DNA from: Eledone cirrhosa
Lineage: Eukaryota
NCBI GenBank assembly: GCA_964016885.1
Contig: OZ024743.1
Span: 315,394,001-315,458,000, forward strand
Reading direction: 5' to 3'
DNA: 64,000 nucleotides
Position numbers and translations under genes: made by a program. Below the pieces are notes generated by a model. It ran no database searches, had not been told where the DNA came from, and saw only the letters and a program-made list of their open reading frames with translations. Shown one piece after another: positions 1 to 16,112 of this stretch. The number at the start of each line of letters is the position of its first letter. The stretch's first letter is position 1.

Positions 1-257
1 ATGGGGGGGGGGTATATTCATGTATATATATATGTGTGTGGGTGTGCGTGTAGGTGTATGTGTGTGTGAGTGATTGTGTGTGTGGGTGAAAGAGAGAATA
101 CATAGAGTGCGTATGTGGTGTAGTGTGTGTGAGAGAGAGAAAGAGAGAATATCTGCGCGTGTGAATTTTAACTTAAGCAAAGAGATATTAATTATTTTTT
201 AAAAAGGACTTTCGAGAAAATACCGAATGGTCCAGCATGCATATTTCACAGGATAAC

Positions 258-337
258 TAATAATAATAATAATAATAATGATAATAATAATAATTATTAT
301 AACAATGATAATAATAACAATAAAAATAATAATGTTG

Positions 338-386
<49 letters not shown>

Positions 387-418
387 TAATAATAATAATA
401 ATGATAATAATAATAATG
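258..418. repeat. (TAA)n microsatellite
   Basis: Direct trinucleotide run; explains the poly-Ile ORF 199..474. Confidence 0.95.
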
Positions 419-669
419 GATTTGAAAAAGATATTAAAATGTATTTTTAATTGATTAAAACTGCACCAGCACAACTACACTGTTACATAAAGTGTTTCTA
501 TAACCAGAGAAATAAATACACCTGCATATTTAGATTTATACATACATTCATACACCTTCCTATATGTTTTTTGAATGTGTGAACACAACGTGTGTAATAG
601 AGAGAGAATATGTACGAAATACGTTATATATATTTATGTATGTGTATGTATATATGTATACATACATAC

Positions 670-1168
<499 letters not shown>

Positions 1169-1273
1169 TATATATATATATATATATATTATAGTTAAAA
1201 CAGAAAACAAAAACAAAGCGAAGAGTGCAGTACAAAGTGTTAGTATTCGGTTCACGCTTGATATATATATATA

Positions 1274-1405
1274 TACAAATGCCTATACATGTATACCTAT
1301 ACACACATATATATGTATATATATATACAAATGCCTATACATGTATACCTATACACACATATATATATATATATATATACAAATGCCTATACATGTATAC
1401 CTATA

Positions 1406-1410
<5 letters not shown>
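1274..1410. repeat. ~52-bp minisatellite, 3 copies
   Basis: tacaaatgcctatacatgtatacctata recurs three times separated by TA-rich spacers. Confidence 0.85.
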
Positions 1411-1483
<73 letters not shown>

Positions 1484-1881
1484 CTTGTATATATTTATGT
1501 GCACACATAGAGATCTACCTATATATGTGTGTGTGGGTGTGCGTGTAATACACTCACATAAAACAACATATGATACAGATAGGTTTGCAAGCTCGTAAAA
1601 TAATATACAAATCACCGACATTAAAATGTTCAACAAAATCTGGACAGTTTATTAACATTTCAAAGGATCTAAACGTGTATCTCAAACCTCACGCTGATTA
1701 AACCTATGTAAACGTTAAATGCCTCAACTCCTATAAGAATTATTTCCTGTAGAAAAGATGTTTCAAATGAACTAAGGAAATACAGTAACGAGATAATTTT
1801 GATTCCCCAGATAATGTTGAACAAGTCATCACATATTCGTACATATACACACACTATGTTATCTATCTCTCTATCTCTCTA

Positions 1882-1915
<34 letters not shown>

Positions 1916-1996
1916 ACTCTCTCTCTCTATATCTCTCTCTCTCTCTCTCTCTCTCACTCTCTCTCTCTCTCTTATATATATATATATATTTAATAA

Positions 1997-2029
<33 letters not shown>

Positions 2030-2143
2030 AAATGTAATATATATGTATATATGTACACATATATATATATATATAAATGTTTATATATATATATATATGT
2101 GTGTGCGTGTGTATGTGTATATATATATATATATGTGTGTGTG

Positions 2144-2186
<43 letters not shown>

Positions 2187-2232
2187 ATGTATGTATATAT
2201 ATTTATCTATATTAATATATATATATATATAC

Positions 2233-2275
<43 letters not shown>

Positions 2276-2709
2276 TGAAGAAAGGATGAGTCTTCGATAC
2301 GTAAAAACGGACGTTATTCATACATTTTCATATGTGATATTATCATACCTTCAGCTATCAACGCGTTTCATAGACATGTTGTACAAAGGCATGGATTGGG
2401 CGTTATCAAAATATTTATGTTTGACATACACATTTCAATACGTGCTATTGGCAAAAATAACTATGAAACGAGCAGTTTCTTGAAAGTATTGCTCATACCA
2501 TGTACTATACATATGGTATATATATTAATAGCATATATATATATATGTGTTTGTGTATGTATGTGTGTGTATGCGCGCGCGTGTATGGGTGTGTGTGTGC
2601 GCGCATGTGTGTATATAGAAAATACGAACCAATGAGGGAAATTTTTGACACAATATTGTTGCTGATCATGTCGATTTTTTATGATCATACACACACACAC
2701 ACGCACACA

Positions 2710-2785
<76 letters not shown>

Positions 2786-2788
2786 CAC

Positions 2789-2820
<32 letters not shown>

Positions 2821-2859
2821 CATATATATATATATATATTATATATATATATACATATA

Positions 2860-2900
<41 letters not shown>

Positions 2901-2901
2901 T

Positions 2902-3009
<108 letters not shown>

Positions 3010-3038
3010 TATATATATATATACATATATATATATAT

Positions 3039-3069
<31 letters not shown>

Positions 3070-3086
3070 TATATATATATATACAC

Positions 3087-3155
<69 letters not shown>

Positions 3156-3371
3156 TATCAGAAGAAATAGAACTATCCGTTTTATGAAGACTAATTCAGG
3201 TTTATGTAAATGGGTATGCGTAATAAAAATGGAAGAGATAGCATACCAGTTAGTTGTTCTCGACGTGGGTGATGCGTAACATAGATATCTTGATGATATG
3301 AGATGTGAGACCGAGTATGGTACATAGTTTCCAAGGAGTATTCCTCGGAGTAATTATTTATGAACAGATTA

Positions 3372-3750
3372 CTAGGAAAAAATTAAGCAAGATTTGGTGA
3401 AATTCGAAGAAACATAGAATACGGTCTCTCTAACACCTGTTTTAATCGCGTAAGAAATCTGGATTATTCAATAATCCACTATATATCACTGTGTAGTATA
3501 AACCTGCATTTCATCGGTATACATTCTTGATTTACTATTTAAACATGACCTCATCCACAGAACATCAGTTTCCTCCGAACCTCTCCGAATCACGAAATGC
3601 AGATTTAATATACACAGTGTATGGTAGTGAATTATGCATTATATAATCCAGATTTCGTAGATGAACGCATAACTGTATTGAACCACGTTTTAGAATCCCT
3701 CTAGTATAATAAATATTTCTTCGAATTTCAATATATCTTGCCTAGTTTCC
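3372..3750. repeat. Old degenerate inverted repeat (MITE or fold-back relic)
   Basis: gaaatctggatta...cactgtgtag...ctgcatttc (3454-3511) mirrors gaaatgcag...tacacagtg...taatccagatttc (3594-3656); gaaattcgaagaaa mirrors tttcttcgaatttc. Confidence 0.55.
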
Positions 3751-4326
3751 CTATTAAGCTGTACATATATATGTGTATGTATGTGCATTTGTGTGTGTAT
3801 GTGTATTTGTGTGTATGTTTGTGTGTATGTGTATGTGTGTGTGTGTGTATACATATGTCTATGTGTGAATGTCTATATATATATAAACATATAGGTTATG
3901 ACATATAAAACATATGCCAGTTTGTATCAATGTATATATATTTTTTTATGCATGGAAGTTTATAACAAGTGAGGTACAATGTCCGTCATTATGTATCCGA
4001 TATTTTGCTCCTGGGTAAGCAATTTATTCCTCATCAGAGGCATTGCATTGTTTCTTTTAAATACATGTAATTCTAAATGCATTCGTTAATTCTAAATTCG
4101 TTAAAATATGCAGGAGTTGCGCCCCATCCAAACGGTGATCTTTCAATGATCTGCCTTACACGTTTGTGTCCAGTTTTTAAGTATGTGATTTCATAGCTCC
4201 TGCAATTGTATGCACACAAACAAAGACATATAGAAACACATATACACATAGATGTATCTATATATGTATGCAATTTTATGTATAAGTGTATAATTTTATA
4301 TTTACATACGTGTGTGTCTATATACG

Positions 4327-4366
<40 letters not shown>

Positions 4367-4373
4367 CTCACAC

Positions 4374-4429
<56 letters not shown>

Positions 4430-4435
4430 TCACAC

Positions 4436-4471
<36 letters not shown>

Positions 4472-5203
4472 GTGTCAATATGCGTATGTATGAGAGGGTG
4501 TTTGTGCGCATGTGTGCGTTTATGTTAATGTGTGTGTATGTATGTTATAGTTGATATGGAAAAATGGAAAAAATACGTAAACAAAAACCCACCGAGAGGA
4601 AGAAATGAACGTTGTGTTCTTTCATTTGCCGAGTTTGCATTCGGGGCTCACGTGACCACTGACTGTGATACAGATCCTTTTTTTTACGTCTGTGGTCATC
4701 TTTAAAACGTCTAATCTGTGCTTTAAAATGTTTTAATGTTTCAACATTGTTTCTACATCAATAGTTTTATTTTGAAAACAAAAACAGCAACCAAAAAAAT
4801 AACGTATTCCATACATTAAATCTCCAATAGGTGCTGGGGAAATTCCCTAGTGAGATTTGGAGACAACAGACGATAAATATTTTCTACCAGATTTCACTGA
4901 CATCCAGAGAGAAATTAGTTGTAGATGGCAACAATGAATACCATCCCGTTTCATAGACAAAAACTTTTTGTGTAGCCCTTCATGGTCAAAGATGGTGGAT
5001 TGTTGAAGGGTCATAGGTTAACCATATAGACGATCACGTGTCTTTTGAATCCACAAAATAACCTGCAGTTGTCTTCAACTTCATGGGGATTTTGTAGGCA
5101 TATATGCACAGATATGTATATATATGTATATATATATATATATATGCATGTAAATGTATGTGTATATATATATATATATATATACATGCATATGTATGTA
5201 TAC

Positions 5204-5277
<74 letters not shown>

Positions 5278-5442
5278 TTATAGACGATGTTCATATATAT
5301 ATATGTAATATATATGTAATACATATCATATATACATATATATTATATATGAAGGTATATATATATAAATGTATGTGTGTATGTCGTGTCAGGCTGTTTA
5401 CGTGTAAATATAAATACTCCTTCTCTAGATCTACTAATTTTT

Positions 5443-5489
<47 letters not shown>

Positions 5490-5814
5490 TCATATCTTTC
5501 TCAAACGAAATGTAATTCTACAGTTAAAAGAAATAAAAGAAAAGTACGAATCGAAACACACTCAACAAACCTAAGAAATTAACTAATATTTGTATAAATT
5601 CAATCAATTTCCTAATATAAAGTTATCAATGTATCGGCGAACATCTATCCGAATGTGCACTTGCGATTAAACACTTATTTGAACACTTATGGCGGTGCAA
5701 GAAATGAACGGAGAAACGAGATGAAGGACATATTATTATGAAAATTATTTTTTAAATTTCAAGGGAAAATTCATCATATGCTCAGCCACATAAACATGCA
5801 CACAAACATATACA

Positions 5815-6281
5815 CTTGTATACAACACTAATAAATATATATACATATACACACATATATACAACACTAATAAGTATATACACATATACACTTATATATA
5901 TACAACACTAATAAATATATACACATATACGCATATATACAACACTAATAAATATATGCACATATACACATATATATATACAAACCTAATAAATATATAC
6001 ACATATATACATATATATATATATAAAACAAACTGATAAACTTAAACACAAACATATACACATATACACATATATATACAACATATTAATAAACATACAG
6101 ACACATACACATATATATACAACACTAATAAACATGTAAACACATACACATATGTATCATACACTAATAAATATACACACAAATACATACACATATATAC
6201 AGCACTAATAAAGATACAAACACAAATACACATATACACAACACACTCATAAATATATAGAGAATTATATACAGATGTATG

Positions 6282-6367
<86 letters not shown>

Positions 6368-6600
6368 ACACATACACATATATACAACACACTGATAAGC
6401 ACACTCATAAATATATATACACATATATACATGTATATACAACACACTAATATATATATATACATTCAAACACACACACACGCACATATATACTACACAT
6501 TGATATATATATTCAAGCATATACAAATATACACAACACATTAATATATATATTCAAACATACACATATACACAACACATTAATATTTATATTGAACACA
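5815..6600. repeat. Degenerate ~36-bp minisatellite (acaacactaataaatatatacac...) with embedded (TA)n
   Basis: Recurring caacactaataa motif. Confidence 0.8.
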
Positions 6601-7005
6601 TAAAGAGGCCCACTGAAATAGACGTATGTAATATACCGAAGATACACTTTATGAAACATGTTTAGATTGTTATTTCCTTAACAATACCTTTATCTTTGAA
6701 TATGAATATATTTATATATATATATGAATGTGTGTGTGTATGTGTGTGTGAACGAGAGAGTGTGTTTGTGTATGTTTTTGTGTGTCTAAATATAAATATA
6801 TATATATATATACCAGGGACATCAGACATATTTTTATTTGCAGGATTAATGTACATATGTGTACGTTTAAAATGCGTAAAATATTTTTGCCAACATTTAT
6901 GTTTTCACCTAAACATAAAATCATTTGTAAATGTATTCTATATCACGCTCCCTATATATATGTGTGTGTGTGAGTTTGTGCATGTATGAATATATATATA
7001 TACAC

Positions 7006-7149
<144 letters not shown>

Positions 7150-8475
7150 ACATATATATGCATATGTGTATGAGTGTATACGCGTGTGTTTATATGTTGA
7201 TATGTTGACATTTACAAATATGGTGAAGCGGTGATTACCTGGAATAAGATAAAAGATAAAGAAATATGGAACAATATGGCGTAAAATTTTGGTCTGTTAA
7301 AAGAAAAGTCTTGTTGATCTCATTTGTTCGACATATGAGTTCAGAAACTCTACATGAATCCTACTCACAAGTAAGAAATCACTGCACCTGATACCCTGAA
7401 CACACACAGATACACATCCTCAGATACATCCCTCCAACATACATACACGCACCGACTCATACTGCTAGCTAAAGAGACAGAGAGAGAGAGAGGGGGGATA
7501 GTGAGAAAAGCAAGAGAGAGTGAGACTAATATGCTCTTATGCACACCTTGTGACCTTTTAAACCCTAGTACACATATATTCAAATGATCATACGCGCCAA
7601 AAAATCACCTACAAGCGTTCATGCAATCACAAACACACACTAACAAACTATCATTTATATTAATCCCAACGTACGCATACTATACATTAACGTTTTCACG
7701 TATATATAACAAATGTATAAGACAAACGCAACCCGTTGTGGTGAAACAATTCAGAAGGAAACGAGTTTACAATAGGTTCAGGTATGATGTTTAAGATTTC
7801 GCTACCCAACGACGTGGTTTCGATTTTGGTTCCACTCCCTGGCAACTTCGTCTAGTATTTTCTACTATAGGCGTTCTGCTCGACCCCAAAATTGTGAATT
7901 AAATTTGTTAGGCGGTAACTGTGCGGTAGACTGTCGGGGATTTGTGCTTGGTAGATTTAATCATTTACCCGGTTTAACATCTCTGGTTAACCTTTGATTG
8001 GTTTTAGCGCAATATATTCTGATCTTCGTGGGATATAGTCTAAATGTATCATCCATATTAACATCTCTATCTTGCACACAGGTGTAAGAAGAAGAATTTC
8101 CTTTCTTGTGTTGGAGTGAAAATCTTAAATCCGTCATGCGGCTGAACACCACCACTACTAACAGGCCTTTGGTGCCATTTAGCGGAGTTCTTACTTTTGC
8201 AAGAAACAGGGCCAGATCGGCAGTCTTCAGATAGTTTCTCTCAAGCTACAGTTTGGCCTAAAAGATTCATGCCATCACCCACCCCCCACCCCCTCCTCTC
8301 CAAAGACCATTAACAAAGATAATCCTGCTTCGATCTGGTACAAGTCAATATTATAAACGGCCCTAAATACATAGAGAAATGCATCAACATATATACTTTA
8401 TATACTTTTCACTCAGGTATCTTATGTTAACCCCAGTCCAAAATAAGTAGTATTATCACATATTGTGTATGTATG

Positions 8476-8573
<98 letters not shown>

Positions 8574-8993
8574 TGTATGTATGTATGTATGTATGTATGT
8601 ATGCGACGTCGTTTGCATCCAATGATATAGACCAGTTCTTCTTTTTGGGGAAATGGATTCGATGTTCTGAGAGTGGTATTGGCCTCATGCAAAGCCTTTT
8701 TCTTACTTAAAAAAGCTTCAAGCCTAGGCATCGCTTGCCATGTGACATTTTTTTGCGATGCATGGCATTGCCGGCTACAGGCAAGTCGTTAGCAGGATTA
8801 AAATGCCACGTCCGTAATGCTGATGCTTAAGTATCAAGTAATGGCATTACTCGAAATCAAGTTGCAGCCATTATCATGTATGTATGTATGTATGTATGTA
8901 TGTATTTATGTATGTATGTATGTAGGTATGTATGTATGTATGAACGTGTGTATGACGGAATTAATGTTTGTATGTATTAATATATATATATAT

Positions 8994-9157
8994 AACGAAG
9001 GAGGTGTGGTAAGGAAACAGGTGGACCATAACGCACCAGAGTACTCGATACTTTGGGTAGTAGAGTGGGTAACAGGAAAATGTTCAGGACCCCGACGGCA
9101 GAGCTCAAGCCGTCGAAACGACTTGAGTTCTGCCGTCGGGATCCTGAACATTTTCCT
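8994..9157 (-). mobile_element. Family A palindromic PLE pLTR-end element
   Basis: Homologous to 21100, 44725, 44912 and 46624; hairpin arms plus tail; flanked by (TA)n. Confidence 0.8.
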
Positions 9158-9164
9158 ATATATA

Positions 9165-9207
<43 letters not shown>

Positions 9208-10171
9208 ATGTATGTATAAACGAATGCATATGTGCCTGCGTGATATTCCTATTTTACATTACTTGTGCTAGTCATTTTATTTTGGGGTAGCGGGGTTCTT
9301 TAGCCCACCAGTCCCTATTTTTCGGAAGACAAAGAGCCATATCACGCAGTGTGTGATGAAATATATATGAATAGATAGGCTTCCAACGGGCGAAATCCCA
9401 CATTCAATTTCCACTCATGTTGCTTATCTCCTCGGGGAAAACTAACATAATACATATACAAAACCTTTCACTCCCTAACTTACACTGTTCTCATCCTCTC
9501 CCTCTCGCTCGCTTCTACCCGTCTACCCAACTCTAGCCATCACACTCCTCCTCACTCTCATTCTCTTTCTCTCACTCACTCACTCAATTTCACTCTCTAC
9601 TCAACAGAAACACCGATATATATAATTAAAAAGTAACAAAAACACAACAATTATAATAACAATTATTAATAAAATATGTTAATGATAATGATTATGGTAT
9701 TGACGGTAGGGATGATGATGGCAGCGGTTATGACTATGTTCATAATGACGATGATGATCGTGATGAGAATAGTGATGGTGATAATAGACATGTCGATAAT
9801 GATGATGGTGAGGACTGTGACCACGTTTTAGGAATTGTCTGATATGTTTGGTTAATGACAATTTCTATGTCCGTCTAAGGGCGACAAAATTGAGTGATAT
9901 TAGAACAACAAAAAAACTATGCCAATGATAATGATGAAGAAAATGGTGAACACAATGATGATAACTCCACAAACACACAGAGAAAAAAACAGAGAAAGGA
10001 AAATAGAAAAATAAAAAAAAAAACAGTTTACTTTTTTTTAAATATTTGTCTATTAATATGTTAAAGTTAATGTTAACCATATTAAGATGAGTTCTTTTAT
10101 TATTTTATTGTTATTCTGATATTTTTGTTTTTGACAAGTAAGTTTGTTTTGAAACAGTGGTCGAGTTTGAA

Positions 10172-10365
10172 ATAGAAATAGAAGTTTTCGCCGTAATTTT
10201 TTTATTAAAGAAATGTTAGCCTGATAGTGGGGTTTATTAGAACCCTGTAAGAAATGGAAAAAGATGTCAACACTCATTTTTTTTCCATTTCTTAGAGGGT
10301 TGTAAACCCACTATCAGGCTAAAATTTCTTTCGTGAAAAATACGGCGAAAGGTTCTATTTTTGTT
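10172..10365. repeat. Imperfect inverted repeat (~90-bp arms), probable older fold-back pLTR
   Basis: ttttcgccgta...ttagcctgatagtggg...aagaaatggaaaaa mirrored by tttttccatttctta...cccactatcaggctaa...tacggcgaaa. Confidence 0.7.
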
Positions 10366-10615
10366 TTTCTTTTCAACTTATATGTTCCTCACCGTTTTTG
10401 TCGCTATTTCATTTTCAGCTATACCTTATACTTAACACCCACAGGTTTTTAAACACGTAGCCTACCCAAACAAATAAAGACATTCATATATATATATATA
10501 TGGGTGGAGGTGTATGTGTGTCTGTATGTGTGTGTGTGTGTGTGTATGTATGTGTTTATATATATATACAAAAGCACAACAGGCTCACAGACACAGACAC
10601 GCAGATACACACATG

Positions 10616-10710
<95 letters not shown>

Positions 10711-10713
<3 letters not shown>

Positions 10714-10860
10714 GTAGATTGCTGATGGGGATCTAGATAGGACCACAGTTAAAGAATGTACTCGATACAATTGTAGACTTTAGGCAAGGAATCATTATTT
10801 TTATATAGAAATGGTGTCTACATGCCTAGAACTGTTTCATTAGTATGAAATCATTAGAAA
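10711..10860 (-). mobile_element. Family B PLE pLTR end with decayed HHR
   Basis: Reverse complement matches 33525-33650 (aatgaaacagttctag...gagtac...actgtgg). Confidence 0.65.
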
Positions 10861-10869
10861 TATAATACA

Positions 10870-12030
10870 CGGAAACCTAAAATCTGCCGCTGTTCCCAAC
10901 GCGGGCGATTGTGTCTGCAGCGAGAGTGCCCCTTCACTCGTCTTACAGGGATTCAAAGTACTTAGAAAAACAGGACTCCAAGCCAACACTAAACACGCAG
11001 TAACAAACATCCCCGTTTCTATTTGTACTGGTCCAGAATCTCAGGAGAGGCACAAAAATCCAAACAAGTTGTAAACATGTCTGTAACCATTTCGTCCAAT
11101 AGTGCATCCACAATAACTACAGACACCAACCACTCTTCAAATAGGAAAACTTCTTTTTAATTATCAGGGAACAAACAATGACCCCAACGCACAAACTCCC
11201 CTGCCCAATGCTGTCATTAACCAACAAGCTCAATACAATGTCAAAACATGCCACTACCCTAGCCTAAACATTTTTGTTTGCTGCCTATGATATCAGCCCT
11301 TCCATCAATACACAAAATTTAAAAATTCAATTTATTGAGGGTTGGGTTGCCGGCCGTTCACATTACATCCCATTCTTCGTAATAACTGAGACCCACCTCA
11401 ACATCATTCACTTGGAAGGCGAAGTGAGAGGAAGGAATTTTTCAACTATCGTGTAATTGGCGTTGACAGAAGAAAGGCATTTTCCATCTGGCATTTTCCT
11501 GCGTGATTCTGTACCGGCAGACACAAATGACATATACAATAGCTACTGTGAATGAGTTACTGTGCATAACAAAGCCAATAATTTCATAAAAATTGAACCC
11601 TATAAGCCAGGCTAAAAGTCTCTACTGTACTTGACAGAATGCCTGCACAACATTAAGTATTTTATCCAGCAGTGCTATTCTGGCAACAAACTTATAGTGA
11701 GTGACTTCAGTCACCCCCGAGTTGATTGGCCTACAATCAACTTGAAACCAAGTAATTCTGCCTTAAATCCTTATAAAGCAGCAATAGAGTGTGACTTTTC
11801 GATCTTATGGATCGAATTGTGCTCGAACGAACAGAATATCGCAAAAATATTTTGAGCCCAGTGTTTATTAACTACACTGACACTATCCACAGAGTTCTCT
11901 GTAACATGAAATTCAAACAACCAAAAGTTAAACCCAATGATCTCTCTCTCTATTCGATACATTTCATATGAATGATCTGCACAATGCAAACTGAGACGCG
12001 ATCATGCATGATTACACGTCGACAGGTTTG

Positions 12031-12108
<78 letters not shown>

Positions 12109-13070
12109 CCATCAATATCATATCTTGTCAAATATTTGTAGTCACTATTACAAATATATGCGCAAAACACACTCAAACAAAACTAAGTGCGGGCTCCCTA
12201 GAAATAGATATACTATTATTAGGTTAATAAAATGAATTAACAAAAACATCAACTAAGCAAAATGTTTCCAAAAACAACACACCTATTCGGATGGTGGATT
12301 ATTGCTCAAATCAAAAAGCATGGTGATATATATCGCAGAGAAAATACTGCTTTATTTTCAGCAATCCTGATATGTTTGATTTGGACAGTATGAGAAATAT
12401 TAACCCCGATACAACACACCGTATCTCATATGTAACGTTTGGAACCCTTGATATCTTAGCGAAATTAAACAATATATATTAAGAGCATCTCCGTAGTAAG
12501 CCCCGACTAGTACCACGAAGAAGTGTCGACATCAACTTACATCTCCTGTAGTTAGTCACGAGATAAACTCACTGGAAACATACTATACTATCCTAGTCTT
12601 TCGTTTCAGTTTTCAAAATTGGAAACAAGTCTCTCGCAGTAAATTACTCGCTGATCTCACTCACCTCTCATATCATTAAGGAATTTGGGAGGGTGGTGAG
12701 ATCACGAATAACTCACTTCCTTCAAAGCAATAATTATTTGCATTCCTACAAGCATACTTTCTGCAATTACAGGGATTGTTTATTGTAGCTTCTGTATTAC
12801 TTTGACGAAATCATAAAGGCTTTGAGAGAGGGTTCGAGCACTGATTTTATATGCCTTCGCTTCAGCAAGACCTTCGAAAGAGTTGATCACAGCATCCTGC
12901 TGAAGAAACCATCTAACATTCGCACCGGTAAAAAGCTTTTACAGTGAATTAAGTGTTTTCTGATGAACAGAACAGAGTATGTTGTGATCGAAGGAGTACG
13001 ATCAAGCTCAGAAAACGTCGGTAGTAGCGTCCCGCAAGACACTGTGTTGGGCCAACTTCTCTTCATTGTA
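10870..13070 (+). pseudogene. Decayed APE-type LINE (CR1/L2-like): Cys-rich start, endonuclease and RT fragments
   Basis: Frame fragments FFVITETHL and IVSDFSHPRVDW (APE endonuclease); NYSLISLTSHIIK, FSKTFERVDHSILLKK and SSVPQDTVLGQLLF (RT); many stops and frameshifts; (CA)n insert at ~12032-12107. Confidence 0.75.
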
Positions 13071-13394
13071 TTTGGCAGTATCGGCCCTTTATGATATGAG
13101 TTCAAATCTCGCCAGATTAACTTTACCTTTCATCCTTACGGGGTCGATAAAATAAAGTACCAGTAATACACTGGAATAATTGCTGGCCTTGTGCCCAAAG
13201 TAGAAACAATTATATTTGGCAGTATCGGTAGAGGGTTGAACGCCATGCTTCCTAGCATAGTTACGTCCCTTTATGGTCCAAGTTCAAATCCCGTCGAGGT
13301 TAAGTTTGCCTTTCATCCTTACGGGGTAGATGAAATAAAGCACCAGTAATGTATTAGGTACTTGCTGGCCTTGTGCCAAAAGTAGAAACAATTA
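13071..13394 (+). mobile_element. Two head-to-tail tRNA-derived SINE copies
   Basis: Box A tggcagtatcgg, box B gttcaaatc, core ctttcatccttacggggtcgataaaataaagtaccag, tail gtagaaacaattat. Confidence 0.9.
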
Positions 13395-13704
13395 TATATA
13401 CATGTATTCGCGCACATATGTACACGCATACACACGCAATCTCTCCTCTCTCTCTCTCTCTTGCTGTTTTTTCTTTCAGTAAAAGCTACAGCTATTACCA
13501 CTGATGCAAATGACGGCGGGGAAGAGGTGGAGGAGGAGGAGAATCAGGTAATGGTAATGATCATGATTATCATGAGGATAATCGTGATAGTTATGATGTT
13601 TATGAAGAGTAAATAGAGGAAAATTGACAATGATGATAATGGGTGAAAAGAAAATATATATGCATTCAAGAAGCAGAAAAGTAGTATTATATTGTGTCAG
13701 TAGT

Positions 13705-13900
13705 GGTTTCTAATTTTTTAAGGGCGAGGTGAATATCAACTAAATCGACCCCAGTGCATTACTGGTATTTTATTGACCCCTTAAGGATCTAAGGCAAAAC
13801 TAAGCTCGGCAGGATTTGAAATAAGAACAAAAAGGGCCGTAACTATAAACCGCAAAGCATGTTGTCCAACTCTCCATCGATACTCTTACTCCACCACCCT
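13705..13900 (-). mobile_element. tRNA-derived SINE (diverged)
   Basis: Reverse-complement match to the SINE consensus. Confidence 0.75.
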
Positions 13901-13959
13901 TGTGTCAATAGTAATAATAAAATTCTAACAATAGTAATTAATAAGAATAATAATTTCTT

Positions 13960-14640
13960 TTGCTGGCCAGAAGGGCTCAAGCCATTGAGCACAAAATATG
14001 AGATTTACATCGAGTAAGGGAAAGGAGAAATCAACACAGTAGATAACAATGCCAATAGTTATAATAAATTGTCACACTAAATCAAAATAATCAGTTTTCC
14101 AATGCGCTTTGTGTTTATTCCAGAGAAGCCAACTCACCCAACCTCAGACCTACCAACCTCTAAAACCCCAAACGGGAGCTACCATGAAAACAAGTGCCCC
14201 AAAACGAAGAGAAATTAGGTAAAATGGAATTTTACATAATGAAAGCTATACTCATTTTCTCAAGAGTAGATATCTCTCACCCACTCCAAATTGGGTGGAA
14301 GATCTCTCCATCGGACGGGGCGAGTTAACATGTCTGCAGCCTCCACAAAATCCCCGATTAATCTGTCACCTCACGGACATTGAAAGTGTCCTCTCCTAGT
14401 TTCGTTTCTCCATATTTGAAAAGCATAGTCAGATAAGGTCCATTTAGCCGACTTTTCCGTCTATATGCGCCAGAACTAAAACGAGCCCACGTCAAACTTG
14501 CCTTTTTCCTATACTTTAGGAATCGATAAAAGGTGAATTGCCAGATGTGTTAGAGTCTCGGACGAGATGTATAATTATGTCTCTTGTGACACCACTTCCT
14601 GATTTGACTTCCAGTTATTTCCCTTGAGAAGGACAATACA
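13960..14640 (-). mobile_element. Probable Tx1/L1-like LINE 3' relic
   Basis: Minus-strand NETRRGHFQCP resembles the C-terminal zinc knuckle; 14143-14340 is homologous to ~57052-57256. Confidence 0.45.
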
Positions 14641-15154
14641 AATATAACCTAATTACACAACAATTACATTTGCTCGACAGCAAAAATTAGGAAGTATTCG
14701 ATTACGCAACCGCAATTGAAAAAGCAATAGAAACACAACAGTGCCAACATCGACGGAACAGCAGCACAAATTGACCAAAGGAAAAGAAGGGGAATTAAGT
14801 GATATGAGATATAAAATACAATTTTTTCTGATAACCAAATCCATCATTTTAAAAATCAATCGGGCTCACACTCTTACCGTCCTCTATCCCATGCGAAACA
14901 TTTGTTACAGTGTAGAAACAGCGAGGAATTAAAAAAGTACACCACTAGCACCGTTCTTTATTTCTCCCTCTCTCTCCTTCCTTCTCCTTTTCAATGATCA
15001 ACTATATGGAGACTAGCATTGGATGTTGACTTAACCACTACCTATTAATCAACACATCGACTTACCATGATAAAATCAGTGAACAAGTTGAGAACCTTTG
15101 TTCTCCAACTTTTGTTTCATTTTGTTCTTCAATATATACATACATAGAGAGTGT

Positions 15155-15187
<33 letters not shown>

Positions 15188-15561
15188 ATATAATAGAAAG
15201 GGGGGGGGGGGCGAGAGAGAAACCAAGAGAGAGATGCTTATGTTTAGGGTATATTTGTCATCGGCGTGGTTATTTTATTTTACCATAAGTTGTGTGAGGT
15301 GTATATATATTGTAGATTGGGTTAGGATTAGGTGTTTTGAATGGTAACTATAATATTTGAAGACTACATGTTGGTTTGGTCTCAATATATATTCGGACTT
15401 ATAGCATGTATATAGTGGTTAGAGCGTTGGATTCACAATGATGAGGTTGTGAGTTCGATTCCTGGATGGGGTGGTGTGTTGTGTCAATGAGCAAGACACA
15501 TATATGTATAGAGTAAATATATGAGAGCCTCACTAGAAAGAAAAAATATTATGCACAACGC

Positions 15562-15602
<41 letters not shown>

Positions 15603-15623
15603 TTGTGTGTGTGTGCAAATTTT

Positions 15624-15678
<55 letters not shown>

Positions 15679-15697
15679 GTGTGTGTGTGTGGGTGTA

Positions 15698-15751
<54 letters not shown>

Positions 15752-15927
15752 ATTAAGTTTCATACACTTAACATGTATGCGCAACCTTGGTTTCAGGGTC
15801 AGGTTATGGGCCTGAAATCCATGTTATAGTCGAGGTGCCCATTGAAATCTGACTCCTAAATATACTAAATAAGCTCTCTTTGAATGGATTGAGCATTCTT
15901 TTCCTTGACGTTTTATCTACGGATATC

Positions 15928-16112
<185 letters not shown>
